A stretch of DNA of 64,000 nt, from the NCBI GenBank assembly GCA_001179505.1, contig CDMY01000443.1, forward strand, positions 1 through 64,000, given 5' to 3'. A program made the translations under genes and the position numbers. Numbering within the stretch: position 1 is the stretch's first letter; the number at the start of each line of letters is the position of its first letter. This DNA comes from Vitrella brassicaformis CCMP3155. Lineage: Eukaryota > Protista > Chromerida. Positions 50,007-62,240 of this stretch are shown in pieces. The notes beneath the pieces are model-generated. The model saw only the letters and a program-made list of their open reading frames with translations, was not told where the DNA came from and made no database searches.

Positions 50007-53000
50007 ATGCCTGGCTCTCCTCTCTCTCTCAACGGCACCGCAGCACCCGCCATCGCCCCGCTGTGGTACGCCAATGCCACCCAGAGGCCGCACCCGTCTG
50101 TAACCCTCCAGCAGCCCCCTGGACCGCAGACGCCGGAGGCTTCTGGTGACCAAGGCCAACTGAGCTGCTACGGCAAGTTCATGCGGTGCATCGGATTCAA
50201 CGAGTGCCCCTGCACTCGTTCATCTGATGCATCCGCAGCCGGGCAGCCAGTGGCCCGACAAGGGCTGGGAAAGGCGAGTCCGTGGCAACACGGTCAGGGC
50301 TCGCCGCCCGCCACACACACGGGGGAGTCACTGGCAGCCACAGCGCTTCAGCCAGCCCCCTACAGCAGCACCAACAGGCCGCCAATCTACTGCCGCTATC
50401 CGCCATCAAGGGCGGCCTTTCAGCACCAGCAGCGCGCCGAGCCCACCGCAGCACCCAGGACGACTTATCGTCCAAATATCGCGCGGCTGACTGGGAATGA
50501 AATGCGTCGAGCTGAGCCACATCGTGGCTTTCAGCAGGGAGGGGAAGGGGAGTCTCTATCGCACGGCCGACGGCCACAGATCTGGCGGCCACCCCAGCAG
50601 CAGCAGCTGTGTTTCCTGCGCCCTGTGTTTCGGGGAGTCCAGCTGCCCCCACCAGGCGGCCTAAGCCTGTCCAAGCTGCGGCAGCTGCGCCCAGTAGCCG
50701 GGGACCAAGGGCCTGAGCCGGCCATTGAGGAGGCCGAGAGCGAGGGGAGTGAGGAGGCCGATGAGGAGGACCATGGGGAGGAGGCTGAGGGTCAGGAGGG
50801 AGGACCCGTCGAGGGGCACGACGCTGTAGTGCATGATGCTGGTGTGAGTGAGGACTGCGTAGGATTTGTCGTTGGAGAAGGTGAGCGAGTGGGTGACGGG
50901 GCACACACAGACGGCATGGCGGGGAGGCAGACAGACAGAGGGAGGGAGGGAGGTCTGGCCTGACCGATCATTGTCCTGTTTGCNNNNNNNNNNNNNNNNN
51001 NNNNNNNNNNNNNNNNNNNNNNNNNNNNNNNNNNNNNNNNNNNNNNNNNNNNNNNNNNNNNNNNNNNNNNNNNNNNNNNNNNNNNNNNNNNNNNNNNNNN
51101 NNNNNNNNNNNNNNNNNNNNNNNNNNNNNNNNNNNNNNNNNNNNNNNNNNNNNNNNNNNNNNNNNNNNNNNNNNNNNNNNNNNNNNNNNNNNNNNNNNNN
51201 NNNNNNNNNNNNNNNNNNNNNNNNNNNNNNNNNNNNNNNNNNNNNNNNNNNNNNNNNNNNNNNNNNNNNNNNNNNNNNNNNNNTCCCACGAGCTGCACCC
51301 GCCCGCCCGCCAGAAGCCCCCTGGTTTAAAGGCGCCGGAGGCTCGTGGTGACCAAAGCGAACTGACCTCGTTTGGCAAGTTGATGGCCTCTTGCGGCTTC
51401 GAGAAGTGCCCGCTCCACTACCTGCAGGGCGGCACCACCTGGTGCCGCAAGACGCAGGGCGGGCCTTCATCGGCCAACAAGGGCCACACTGCCGGCGGGT
51501 CGGTCGCTCGACAAGGGCTGGGAATGGCGAGTCCGTGGCAACACGGTCAGGGCTCGCCGCCCGCCGCCCACACGGGGGAGTCACTGGCAGCCACAGCGCC
51601 TCAGCCAGCCCCCTACAGCAGCACCAACAGGCCGCCAATCTACTGCCGCTATCCGCCATCAAGGGCGGCCTTTCAGCACCAGCAGCGCGCCGAGCCCACC
51701 GCAGCACCCAGGACGACTTATCGTCCAAATATCGCGCGGCTGACTGGGAATGAAATGCGTCGAGCTGAGCCACATCGTGGCTTTCAGCAGGGAGGGGAAG
51801 GGGAGTCTCTGTCGCACGACCGACGGCCACAGATCTGGCGGCCCCCCCAGCAGCAGCAGCGGTGTTTGCTGCGCCCTGTTTTTCGGGGACGCCAGCTGCC
51901 CCCACCAGGCTGCCTAAGCCTGTCCAAGCTGCGGCAGCTGCGCCCAGTAGCCGGGGACCAAGGGCCTGAGCCGGCCATTGAGGAGGCCGAGAGCGAGGGG
52001 AGTGAGGAGGCCGATGAGGAGGACCATGGGGAGGAGGCTGAGGGTCAGGAGGGAGGACCCGTCGAGGGGCACGACGCTGTAGTGCATGATGCTGGTGTGA
52101 GTGAGGACTGCGTAGGATTTGTCGTTGGAGAAGGTGAGCGAGTGGGTGACGGGGCACACACAGACGGCATGGCGGGGAGGCAGACAGACAGAGGGAGGGA
52201 GGGAGGTCTGGCCTGACCGATCATTGTCCTGTTTGCTGTATGTTGGTCTCGATCGTCAGACCGTTTGTTTGAGCCATCGCAGCCGCGTCAGGAGCAGCCA
52301 GGCAGCCCCTCGCCGCCATCTACCGCTGCTGGCCATGGTGAGGCCTCTGACGGTTCATCACCGCTGCTGCCGCTCGCCGCCCCGTCTGATTCGGGCTCGC
52401 CCCTGCTGCCCCTCGCCGTCGCCGACTCACCCGCAGCAGCACCAGCAGCACCACCAGCAGCACCACAGGAGGGCATGTCAGAGGAGGCGCAGGCCATCTT
52501 GGCGGCCTTCCAGCCAGCGGGCCGCTATATGGTCCGCCGCAGCGAGAAGTACGCCATCATCGAGGGCCACTCTGACGGCCGTCGAGTGATGCTCAAGGGC
52601 ATCGTCCCCGACGCCATCTGGCGGCTGGACGAGGGGACCAAGGAGCGGCTCAACGGGCAGCTGAGGGTCGAGGCGGAGGCGATCGAGGCGCTCAAGGGCG
52701 TCGTGGGGGATGACGGCCTGCCGATTGCCGTCCCTATGCTGGCCTTCGGCGCCGTGGGGGCCGGCGGTCGGCGGTCGGTGGCGCTCATGGACGATGCATG
52801 GCACAAGTACCGTGAGGTGGGCTATGAGGGGGAGAGGCCGTCGACGCCAAACAGGATGGTGCAGGCCCTCATCGAGGGCTACGTGATGATATCGGAATAC
52901 GCAGGTGTGGATGGGCTGCACATGACAGAGGAGGGGACACGTGTGTCTGTCTGCATGTGTGTGTCTCTGCCTTGGCTGTTGATTTCTCCCACTCAGCGAT

Positions 53001-53182
53001 GTTGACGGAGGCCGACCGCATGACGTTGGAGCAACAGCAGCCACCACCCGCCCTGCCGTCGCCGCCAGCAGAGCCGTCACCGCCGTCGCCAGCGACGGAG
53101 AAACCGACTGCCTCCGCAGCGCCTGACCCCCAGGGTAAGACAATCCGCCAGACAGCCAGACGTTCATGACGGCGACAGCCCA

Positions 53183-53218
<36 letters not shown>

Positions 53219-53625
53219 TGGGTGTGTGTGGGTGTCCGATACGTCTCAGTTGACGAGAAGTGGGAGCAGTTCATGGCGGAGCATGAGCGGCTGATGGGCA
53301 GCCTCGAGGGGTCGCCGCTGATCAACTTCCTCTTCTCCGACGCGCCGCGGGAGGAGGCCGCCGACGTCGGCGACAGTGGCGATGAGGCCGACGAGAAGCG
53401 CGAGATCGAGTCGCCCCCACAGCCGGCCGAGGTGTGGGACGGGGCGGTCACCCTCCTCGACTTGTTCCACATCCGCGCCGGCTGGGTGCGCGACCCATCC
53501 ACGCCCAAGGCCACCAGACGCCGTCTGCAGCTCATCCACCAGACGCTCCGCCGCCTGCAGCTGCCACCGGAGGCGCATCGACGGCTGGTCATCTCGGTGC
53601 TGTCATCCCTGGCTGCCATGCACGC
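50007..53625 (+). CDS. Atypical protein-kinase-like gene, cluster B, copies 1-2 (interrupted by gaps; exon 1 present twice)
   Basis: Long Pro/Gln/acidic exon 1 (50007-50880, repeated at about 51284-52133 with a different 5' part). Exon 2 has GRRVMLKGIV...LRVEAEAIEAL (beta3 Lys, alphaC Glu). Exon 4 reaches LSSLAAMHA just before the gap. Confidence 0.7.
50984..51283. other. Scaffold gap (300 N)
   Basis: Run of N. Confidence 0.99.
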
Positions 53626-53925
53626 NNNNNNNNNNNNNNNNNNNNNNNNNNNNNNNNNNNNNNNNNNNNNNNNNNNNNNNNNNNNNNNNNNNNNNNNNNN
53701 NNNNNNNNNNNNNNNNNNNNNNNNNNNNNNNNNNNNNNNNNNNNNNNNNNNNNNNNNNNNNNNNNNNNNNNNNNNNNNNNNNNNNNNNNNNNNNNNNNNN
53801 NNNNNNNNNNNNNNNNNNNNNNNNNNNNNNNNNNNNNNNNNNNNNNNNNNNNNNNNNNNNNNNNNNNNNNNNNNNNNNNNNNNNNNNNNNNNNNNNNNNN
53901 NNNNNNNNNNNNNNNNNNNNNNNNN
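53626..53925. other. Scaffold gap (300 N)
   Basis: Run of N. Confidence 0.99.
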
Positions 53926-55596
53926 GCATCGTCCCCGACGCCATCTGGCGGCTGGACGAGGGGACCAAGGAGCGGCTCAACGGGCAGCTGAGGGTCGAGG
54001 CGGAGGCGATCGAGGCGCTCAAGGGCGTCGTGGGGGATGACGGCCTGCCGATTGCCGTCCCTATGCTGGCCTTCGGCGCCGTGGGGGCCGACGGCTGACG
54101 ATCGGTGGCCCTTATGGACGATGCATGGCACAACTACCGTGAGGCGGGCTATGAGGGGGAGCGGCCGTCGACGCCAAACAGGAGGGTGCAGGCCCTCATC
54201 GAGGGCTACGTGATGATATCGGAATACGCCGGTATGGATGGGCTGCACATGACAGGGGGGGGACACGTGTGTCTGTCTGCATGTGTGTGTGTCTGCCTTC
54301 TCTGTTGATTTCTCCCACTCAGCGATGTTGACGGAGGCCGACCGCATGACGTTGGAGCAACAGCAGCCACCACCCGCCCTGCCGTCGCCGCCAGCAGAGC
54401 CGTCACCGCCGTCGCCAGCGACGGAGAAACCGACTCCCTCCGCAGCGCCTGACCCCCAGGGTAAGACAATCCGCCGGACAGCCAGACGTTCATGCCGGCG
54501 ACAGCCCATCTCTTTCTCTTTGTGTGTGTGTGTGTGGGTGTCCGATACGTCTCAGTTGACGAGAAGTGGGAGCAGTTCATGGCGGAGCATGAGCGGCTGA
54601 TGGGCGTCCTCGAGGGGTCGCCGCTGATCAACTTCCTCTTCTCCGACGCGCCGCAGGAGGAAGAGGCCGACGTCGGCGACAGTGGCGATGAGGCCGACGA
54701 GAAGCGCGAGATCGAGTCGCCCCCACAGCCGGCCGAGGTGTGGGACGGGGCGGTCACCCTCCTCGACTTGTTCCACATCCGCGCCGGCTGGGTGCGCAAC
54801 CCATCCACGCCCAAGGCCACCAGACGCCGTCTGCAGCTCATCCACCAGACGCTGCGCCGCCTGCAGCTGTCACCGGAGGCCCATCGACGTCTGGTCATCT
54901 CAGCGCTGTCGTCCCTGGCTGCCATGCACGCGGCTGACTGGGTCCACGGCGATACCAACGGCCAGAACGTTCTGGTCGTTTGGGACGCCGTCGCCCGCCG
55001 GCTGTGCAGCCAGTGGATCGACTTCGAGATGGCCAGACGTCAGGCGGAGACGCAGCAGCCGCTCCCCTCGCTGCCCCAGACCAAATTTGACGTCAAGCCC
55101 GCCCCCGTCCCGGCCCCCCACTGCGACCCGGAAGCGCTGAAGAAGGTCGCCGACACGATGGATGCCATCATCAACCGCGACAGCACCAGCCGACGGACGA
55201 CCGAGGCGCCGCCCCCCACCCTGTTCGGCCCCGTCAGCAAGACCGCAGACATCTATACGGTGTGCTCCCTGGGGGCGGCCCTCCTGATGGCGCCACACAT
55301 GAACCACCCGGCCGGCAGCAACCACAACTCCGAGATCTACGACGAGGCCGGTCCATTCTTCACCAGCGATGCCCACGGCACGCCCCTGTACGAGAAGCAC
55401 TTCGCCAGCAAGGTGCAGAGGGAGACCGCGGCCATCAAGCGGGTCATCGACGGAGGTGCCCACCCCAGCGCCGCCGTGCAGGCGATCTCGAGAGAGAGGC
55501 ACGTCGAGCGCTACCAGTGGCTGCGCAGTGCGGTGGAGAGGCGGTTGCGGTGGGAGCGGCAGCGGGGCGAGGGGGCGAGCCTGGAGGCCATCGAGG
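53926..55596 (+). pseudogene. Kinase-like copy 3 with premature stop
   Basis: GCC GAC GGC TGA at 54096-54098 where copy 2 reads GCC GGC GGT CGG. The downstream exon contains MHAADWVHGDTNGQNVLVVW...QWIDFEMAR...ADIYTVCSLGAALL. Confidence 0.75.
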
Positions 55597-55896
55597 NNNN
55601 NNNNNNNNNNNNNNNNNNNNNNNNNNNNNNNNNNNNNNNNNNNNNNNNNNNNNNNNNNNNNNNNNNNNNNNNNNNNNNNNNNNNNNNNNNNNNNNNNNNN
55701 NNNNNNNNNNNNNNNNNNNNNNNNNNNNNNNNNNNNNNNNNNNNNNNNNNNNNNNNNNNNNNNNNNNNNNNNNNNNNNNNNNNNNNNNNNNNNNNNNNNN
55801 NNNNNNNNNNNNNNNNNNNNNNNNNNNNNNNNNNNNNNNNNNNNNNNNNNNNNNNNNNNNNNNNNNNNNNNNNNNNNNNNNNNNNNNNNNNNNNNN
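55597..55896. other. Scaffold gap (300 N)
   Basis: Run of N. Confidence 0.99.
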
Positions 55897-56954
55897 AGCG
55901 GCTGATGGGCGTCCTCGAGGGGTCGCCGCTGATCAACTTCCTCTTCTCCGACGCGCCGCAGGAGGAAGAGGCCGACGTCGGCGACAGTGGCGATGAGGCC
56001 GACGAGAAGCGCGAGATCGAGTCGCCCCCACAGCCGGCCGAGGTGTGGGACGGGGCGGTCACCCTCCTCGACTTGTTCCACATCCGCGCCGGCTGGGTGC
56101 GCAACCCATCCACGCCCAAGGCCACCAGACGCCGTCTGCAGCTCATCCACCAGACGCTGCGCCGCCTGCAGCTGTCACCGGAGGCCCATCGACGTCTGGT
56201 CATCTCAGCGCTGTCGTCCCTGGCTGCCATGCACGCGGCTGACTGGGTCCACGGCGATACCAACGGCCAGAACGTTCTGGTCGTTTGGGACGCCGTCGCC
56301 CGCCGGCTGTGCAGCCAGTGGATCGACTTCGAGATGGCCAGACGTCAGGCGGAGACGCAGCAGCCGCTCCCCTCGCTGCCCCAGACCAAATTTGACGTCA
56401 AGCCCGCCCCCGTCCCGGCCCCCCACTGCGACCCGGAAGCGCTGAAGAAGGTCGCCGACACGATGGATGCCATCATCAACCGCGACAGCACCAGCCGACG
56501 GACGACCGAGGCGCCCCCCTCACCCTGTTCGGCCCCGTCAGCAAGACCGCAGACATCTATACGGTGTGCTCCCTGGGGGCGGCCCTCCTGATGGCGCCAC
56601 ACATGAACCACCCGGCCGGCAGCAACCACAACTCCGAGATCTACGACGAGGCCGGTCCATTCTTCACCAGCGATGCCCACGGCACGCCCCTGTACGAGAA
56701 GCACTTCGCCAGCAAGGTGCAGAGGGAGACCGCGGCCATCAAGCGGGTCATCGACGGAGGTGCCCACCCCAGCGCCGCCGTGCAGGCGATCTCGAGAGAG
56801 AGGCACGTCGAGCGCTACCAGTGGCTGCGCAGTGCGGTGGAGAGGCGGTTGCGGTGGGAGCGGCAGCGGGGCGAGGGGGCGAGCCTGGAGGCCATCGAGG
56901 AGCTCAGGATGGCCCAGCTGCTCATCGAGAAGGGCATGCATCCGCAGGAGGAGG
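55897..56954 (+). pseudogene. Kinase-like copy 4 (partial, -1 frameshift)
   Basis: gaggcgcccccctcaccctg (about 56508-56527) vs gaggcgccgccccccaccctg in copy 3: one base shorter, shifting the frame between the DFE and D..SLG segments. Confidence 0.65.
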
Positions 56955-57254
56955 NNNNNNNNNNNNNNNNNNNNNNNNNNNNNNNNNNNNNNNNNNNNNN
57001 NNNNNNNNNNNNNNNNNNNNNNNNNNNNNNNNNNNNNNNNNNNNNNNNNNNNNNNNNNNNNNNNNNNNNNNNNNNNNNNNNNNNNNNNNNNNNNNNNNNN
57101 NNNNNNNNNNNNNNNNNNNNNNNNNNNNNNNNNNNNNNNNNNNNNNNNNNNNNNNNNNNNNNNNNNNNNNNNNNNNNNNNNNNNNNNNNNNNNNNNNNNN
57201 NNNNNNNNNNNNNNNNNNNNNNNNNNNNNNNNNNNNNNNNNNNNNNNNNNNNNN
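56955..57254. other. Scaffold gap (300 N)
   Basis: Run of N. Confidence 0.99.
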
Positions 57255-58114
57255 ATCCACCAGACGCTGCGCCGCCTGCAGCTGTCACCGGAGGCCCATC
57301 GACGTCTGGTCATCTCAGCGCTGTCGTCCCTGGCTGCCATGCACGCGGCTGACTGGGTCCACGGCGATACCAACGGCCAGAACGTTCTGGTCGTTTGGGA
57401 CGCCGTCGCCCGCCGGCTGTGCAGCCAGTGGATCGACTTCGAGATGGCCAGACGTCAGGCGGAGACGCAGCAGCCGCTCCCCTCGCTGCCCCAGACCAAA
57501 TTTGACGTCAAGCCCGCCCCCGTCCCGGCCCCCCACTGCGACCCGGAAGCGCTGAAGAAGGTCGCCGACACGATGGATGCCATCATCAACCGCGACAGCA
57601 CCAGCCGACGGACGACCGAGGCGCCCCCCTCACCCTGTTCGGCCCCGTCAGCAAGGCCGCAGACGTCTATACGGTGTGCTCCCTGGGGGCGGCCGTCCTG
57701 ATGGCGCCACACATGAACCACCCGGCCGGCAGCAACCACAACTCCGAGATCTACGACGAGGCCGGTCCATTCTTCACCAGCGATGCCCACGGCACGCCCC
57801 TGTACGAGAAGCACTTCGCCAGCAAGGTGCAGAGGGAGACCGCGGCCATCAAGCGGGTCATCGACGGAGGTGCCCACCCCAGCGCCGCCGTGCAGGCGAT
57901 CTCGAGAGAGGGGCACGTCGAGCGCTACCAGTGGCTGCGCAGTGCGGTGGAGAGGCGGTTGCGGTGGGAGCGGCAGCGGGGCGAGGGGGCGAGCCTGGAG
58001 GCCATCGAGGACCTCCAGATGGCCCAGCTGCTCATCGAGAAGGGCATGCATCCGCAGGAGGAGGAGAGGGCATCGCTGGCCGAGATAATCGCACTATTCT
58101 CGACTTCTTCGTGA
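57255..58114 (+). pseudogene. Kinase-like copy 5 (partial, same frameshift, carries the natural C-terminus)
   Basis: Same -1 lesion at about 57620-57635. Ends LLIEKGMHPQEEERASLAEIIALFSTSS*, a subdomain XI-like segment with the conserved Arg. Confidence 0.65.
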
Positions 58115-58229
58115 CTAGGGCGGCGTCTAAGGGGGAGGGGAGGATTCGGCCGCCACATGCCATGACGGGGAGGGGAGGGTGCGTGATGGCATTGGCCTCT
58201 GGTTGGGGCGGATGCGTTCGGTGGGGGGG

Positions 58230-58800
58230 GCTCTGGCGGGTGTGGTCGGTGTGGCACACGGCGACTGCAGCATGGTGGTGGACGGCTCGTGTTTCCTGGA
58301 GCTGAATGTGACCGCCTCCAAGAATCATTGCGGGCGAGAGCAGTGAGAGCAGCCCCATCTCGGTCAACGGCCCCGCAGCCAACATCAACCACTTTCTGAC
58401 CAGGCTGCTGTACACCCCACCCCCAGACATCACCGCCACCCAGACCGTCACCTTCACCCTCACACGCCGCCTCTCGCCCACCTCATCTCTCGCCCCTTCC
58501 TCCACATCCCAGCCCCTCACCGTCACCATCACGACCCAAGACGACCTTCCAGCCATCAGGTGGGCCGACGGCTCAGCCTTCCAGGGCTCATACCGAGTCA
58601 TTGCCGGGCCGTCGCCGAAGGTGTTCTCCGACCTGGTTGTGTCGGACGTCGATGGAGCGTCGGCTGTGGGCGGGGCGGCGCGGGCGTTGGTGCGGTGGGA
58701 GCTGACGGTGGACAAGGGGACGCTGGAGCTCGGGGACACATCGGGGATTCTGTACGAGGACGGCACTGCCAACGATGCGAGTCGGGTGGTGGTCAGGGCC
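58230..58800 (+). pseudogene. Decayed fragment of a cadherin/Ig-like bacterial-adhesin-type repeat protein
   Basis: Frame from about 58320 reads ISVNGPAANINHFLTRLLYTPPPDITATQTVTFT...TQDDLPAI...DLVVSDVDG...WELTVDKGTLELGDTSGILYEDG...VVVRA. It has no ATG or acceptor, is preceded by a frameshifted VGVAHGDCSM segment and ends in a TCCA microsatellite. Confidence 0.5.
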
Positions 58801-60827
58801 ACATCCATCCATCCATTCGCTTTTTTCGTTCCGGGTACCTGCCTGCGTCCTGCCAGACTGCCTGCCTGTATATGTGTACGTATTGCCTGGGTCTGCTGCA
58901 TCGATCGATTAATCGCGTGCGTGAGTGAGGGCGTGTGTGTTGAGAGAGGGGGAGTTTTGTCGTGGGTGGGTCTGTCGTCGGCTTGTGTGGCGTCCGCCCT
59001 GTCTGTCACACGCACTGAGGTACGCACGCACACAGCACACAGCCCCCGGGACTCTATGCACTTTCTGTCTGTCGTGTGGTGTGTGCAGGTTGCTTGGTTG
59101 CTTTGCTACGCCAGCCCTTTGCTCTACTCTACTCGGTAAGTCGCCGAGTCACCGCCACCAACAAACAGATCGAGCCGTCAATGTGGGTGAACATTTCGCA
59201 GGTTCCACCCTGATGACGCCCCCACTGCGTCTGCGTCAACTCTACTCCGTCAGCCTGCTACCGGATCAGCTGGTACGGACCTTAACGCGCTCGCGACTAA
59301 CGCGTGTATGCGTCCGTGTGTCATCCATCGTGTTGTGTGTGCTCTCGCCCTCTTTCTGCAGATCGATTCGTTGTGACTGATATTGCTATTGCCTACTGCA
59401 CGGGCTCACCGACGCGCAACCACGTACATCGCACGTACGCACCACCCACACACGAGACGCAGACACGACGGCACTGCACGCACCCTTTGGTTGATGTGTT
59501 GTCCAACAGGCACAACGCCTATGTCAAGACGGGCCAATTGTGTGGGGGGATACAAAGCGCCCCGGTTCGCCTCGCGGTCCTTTACTCTACCAAAAGGTAA
59601 GTAATTACATGCTGCATCATAGCAGTCGACCATCCATCCATTCATCCATCCATCTGTGTCGGTCCATCAATCAGATGATACACATGGTCGGTCCATAACG
59701 AAGCCAACCAGACCCTGGCGCCACTCACTATCCCTCGATCGCCCCATCGGCCCGCCCGCGTGAGGTGCCCAGGAAGGCCGGCGTCATCGATCCACCCCCC
59801 GCACCGCAGTTGAAGCAGCAGAAGCTTGCCGCACCAATTCCGTCTCTCGTCCCAGCTGCTGCTGCTGCTGCTGCCGCTGGCCAGGCACAGCCACCGGCAC
59901 CGACCACCGGCAACGGTGACCGCATCGGGCAGCGCATTATGGGAGGCGGAGGGGATGTGGCCGACGAATCGACTGCGCACGGGGCGGCCATGGTCACCAA
60001 AGAGCTCGTGCCGAGGCGGGTTGATATGTGTAACCTTGAGAAGGTACGTGAGGGAGCACTGGACGCACCAAGCTGTGACCAACCGGTGTGTCTCATGTGT
60101 GCGTGCCTTGGCAGGTGGGCCATGTCAGTCGTCCGAGCCAGCCCACGATGGGCGGGGGAAGGCCACTTCGGCCGTATCCCGTCCATCACCCGGGATGGCT
60201 CAGGCGATGTGTGTGGTGTGGGAGGGAGGCGTAGTCGCTTCGACAATCGTCTCGCCCACCCACACACAACACACATGCCCTCCCTGTGGCTGCCGACCAG
60301 CACTGTACCTCACTCTAGGACCAAGCCGTAAGCAACCCCCAAGCCCCAACCCCCCACACACGTGTGTGTCGCGTCCCATGGCTTTCTGTCCATCTCTGTG
60401 TTTTGTTCGCCAGTCCGCCACATGCGCGAGTGCTCATTGCCCGTCCCCGTGTGCTGGTCGTGGCCAATCCGACGTAGTGTTAGGGTCATTGGCCTTTCCC
60501 AAGCGGCCATGTCACTCGCAAATCGTAAGCACACGTGGATGGATGGATGGATGGATGAGGATCTGCACATCTTCTATGTGTGTGTGTCCATGCAGAGAGA
60601 CACCAATCTCTGGCATGACGCCCTGGCTTAGCACCGCTCATTCTCACTCGACAAGCCGTCCCAGCCGCCACTTGGGAGAATCTTCCTTGCAGACAGACAG
60701 CGTGCTGTTTGTCGGACGGACTGCATCTGTGCGGGCGGACCGACAAGAACGCCCTTTGCTCACGACCAAACAGCACCCTGATGCTGGTACGAACAAAACC
60801 GAGAAAACACCGTACCAGTGCGGTCAA

Positions 60828-61127
60828 NNNNNNNNNNNNNNNNNNNNNNNNNNNNNNNNNNNNNNNNNNNNNNNNNNNNNNNNNNNNNNNNNNNNNNNNN
60901 NNNNNNNNNNNNNNNNNNNNNNNNNNNNNNNNNNNNNNNNNNNNNNNNNNNNNNNNNNNNNNNNNNNNNNNNNNNNNNNNNNNNNNNNNNNNNNNNNNNN
61001 NNNNNNNNNNNNNNNNNNNNNNNNNNNNNNNNNNNNNNNNNNNNNNNNNNNNNNNNNNNNNNNNNNNNNNNNNNNNNNNNNNNNNNNNNNNNNNNNNNNN
61101 NNNNNNNNNNNNNNNNNNNNNNNNNNN
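60828..61127. other. Scaffold gap (300 N)
   Basis: Run of N. Confidence 0.99.
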
Positions 61128-61840
61128 CTGCCATCCATCAATGCATGCAGTGGGTGACCAACGGGGCGGTGTCTGTGAGGGTGGAGTGGGGGTGGACACA
61201 TGGCGGCGGATGACTGAGAGTCATCCATCCAGTTGGGGAGGGCTCTTTCCTTTCCCTTCACGGCTGTCCGGCTCTCATAAGCTCCGGAGCGGTCGGTGTC
61301 AGTTGGGTGTGAGTTGGGTGTGCACGACTGGCGCATGAGCGTGTGACTCTATTTGTGAGCGTCGACACGGTGTGGTGGGTGGTGAACGATTTGTGCGTAC
61401 AGACGACTGACTGTCCATGGCTATGTCGACGTCCTGCCTGACTCGCCGATGTGTGGAGATCTCTTTGTAACGAATCCACTCGCTGTGTGTGTACCGCGGC
61501 AAACTACAGGCCACACAGCAGGCAGGCAGGTCGTGTGTTGTGCTGCGGCTGGCCAGCGGCCGATCGATTTACTTGTCTGCGGAGAGTGAATGCTTAATTG
61601 CTTTATCGGCCTGATCTCACTTGATTTGTGTCGATTTGCTCACTTGATTTGCTCACCGACGGTTGATCATCCCACGAACAGCAGTTGACATCGAAGCCAT
61701 GTCTCGTGCACGCCAAAATTGTGACTGAGTGCCTGTCTCTTGTCAGTCGATCTCTCCATCCATCCATTGATCCATCCATCCATCCCTCCGTCCGTCCGTC
61801 TGTCTGTCTGTCTGTTGCGTCTGTTTGTTCGAGTCAGCTC

Positions 61841-62240
61841 TCAGGTCAGCTGCAGCCGCTCCTTCACGCTCATTATGTCGTTCAGTAGTCCCTCGGTGCA
61901 CTTGTGCATGGTCTCGGAGCACCTCTTGCGCATGGTCTCGGAGACGCCTGGCTCGCTGCCGAGCTCGGTCTCGAACTCGCGGTAATGCTTGATGACATGC
62001 TCTGTCGTCTCGATCGCGGCCTTGCCCTCCTCCTTGTCCTGCGTGGCACACATGCACACGGAGACAGACGGAGTGAGTGAGCATGTCTGGTTGACTGCCT
62101 GTCTGGTTGACTGTGTGTCTGGCTGACTGCCCACCTTGGCGTTGCGCAGCTTGTCCGTGCAATCGTTGGCGTCGCATTGAATCCTCTGGACGATGAAGTC
62201 CTCTAGCGAGCCGCGGCCAAACAGGCCAGTCTGAGCCCGC
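61841..62240 (-). CDS. Hypothetical two-exon helical/coiled-coil fragment
   Basis: GLFGRGSLEDFIVQRIQCDANDCTDKLRNAK|gtgggc...cag|DKEEGKAAIETTEHVIKHYREFE...VKERLQLT*. The 5' end was not found. Confidence 0.35.

Noticed and set aside
55897-58114. Near-identical repeats separated by equal spacers as a CRISPR-like or LTR structure
   Set aside because: The repeats are kinase exon sequence and the spacers are N gaps. No cas, RT, integrase, TIR or TSD is visible.
58032-59033. 333-aa minus-strand ORF
   Set aside because: Antisense shadow of the plus-strand adhesin-like fragment and the kinase end; it starts in microsatellite-rich sequence.
59826-61338. Several 120-440 aa ORFs around the last gap
   Set aside because: Composed of gap X's and low-complexity or microsatellite sequence, with no recognisable motifs.
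61614-61660. Short imperfect repeat ctcacttgatttg x2
   Set aside because: Too short and isolated; consistent with slippage in intergenic DNA.
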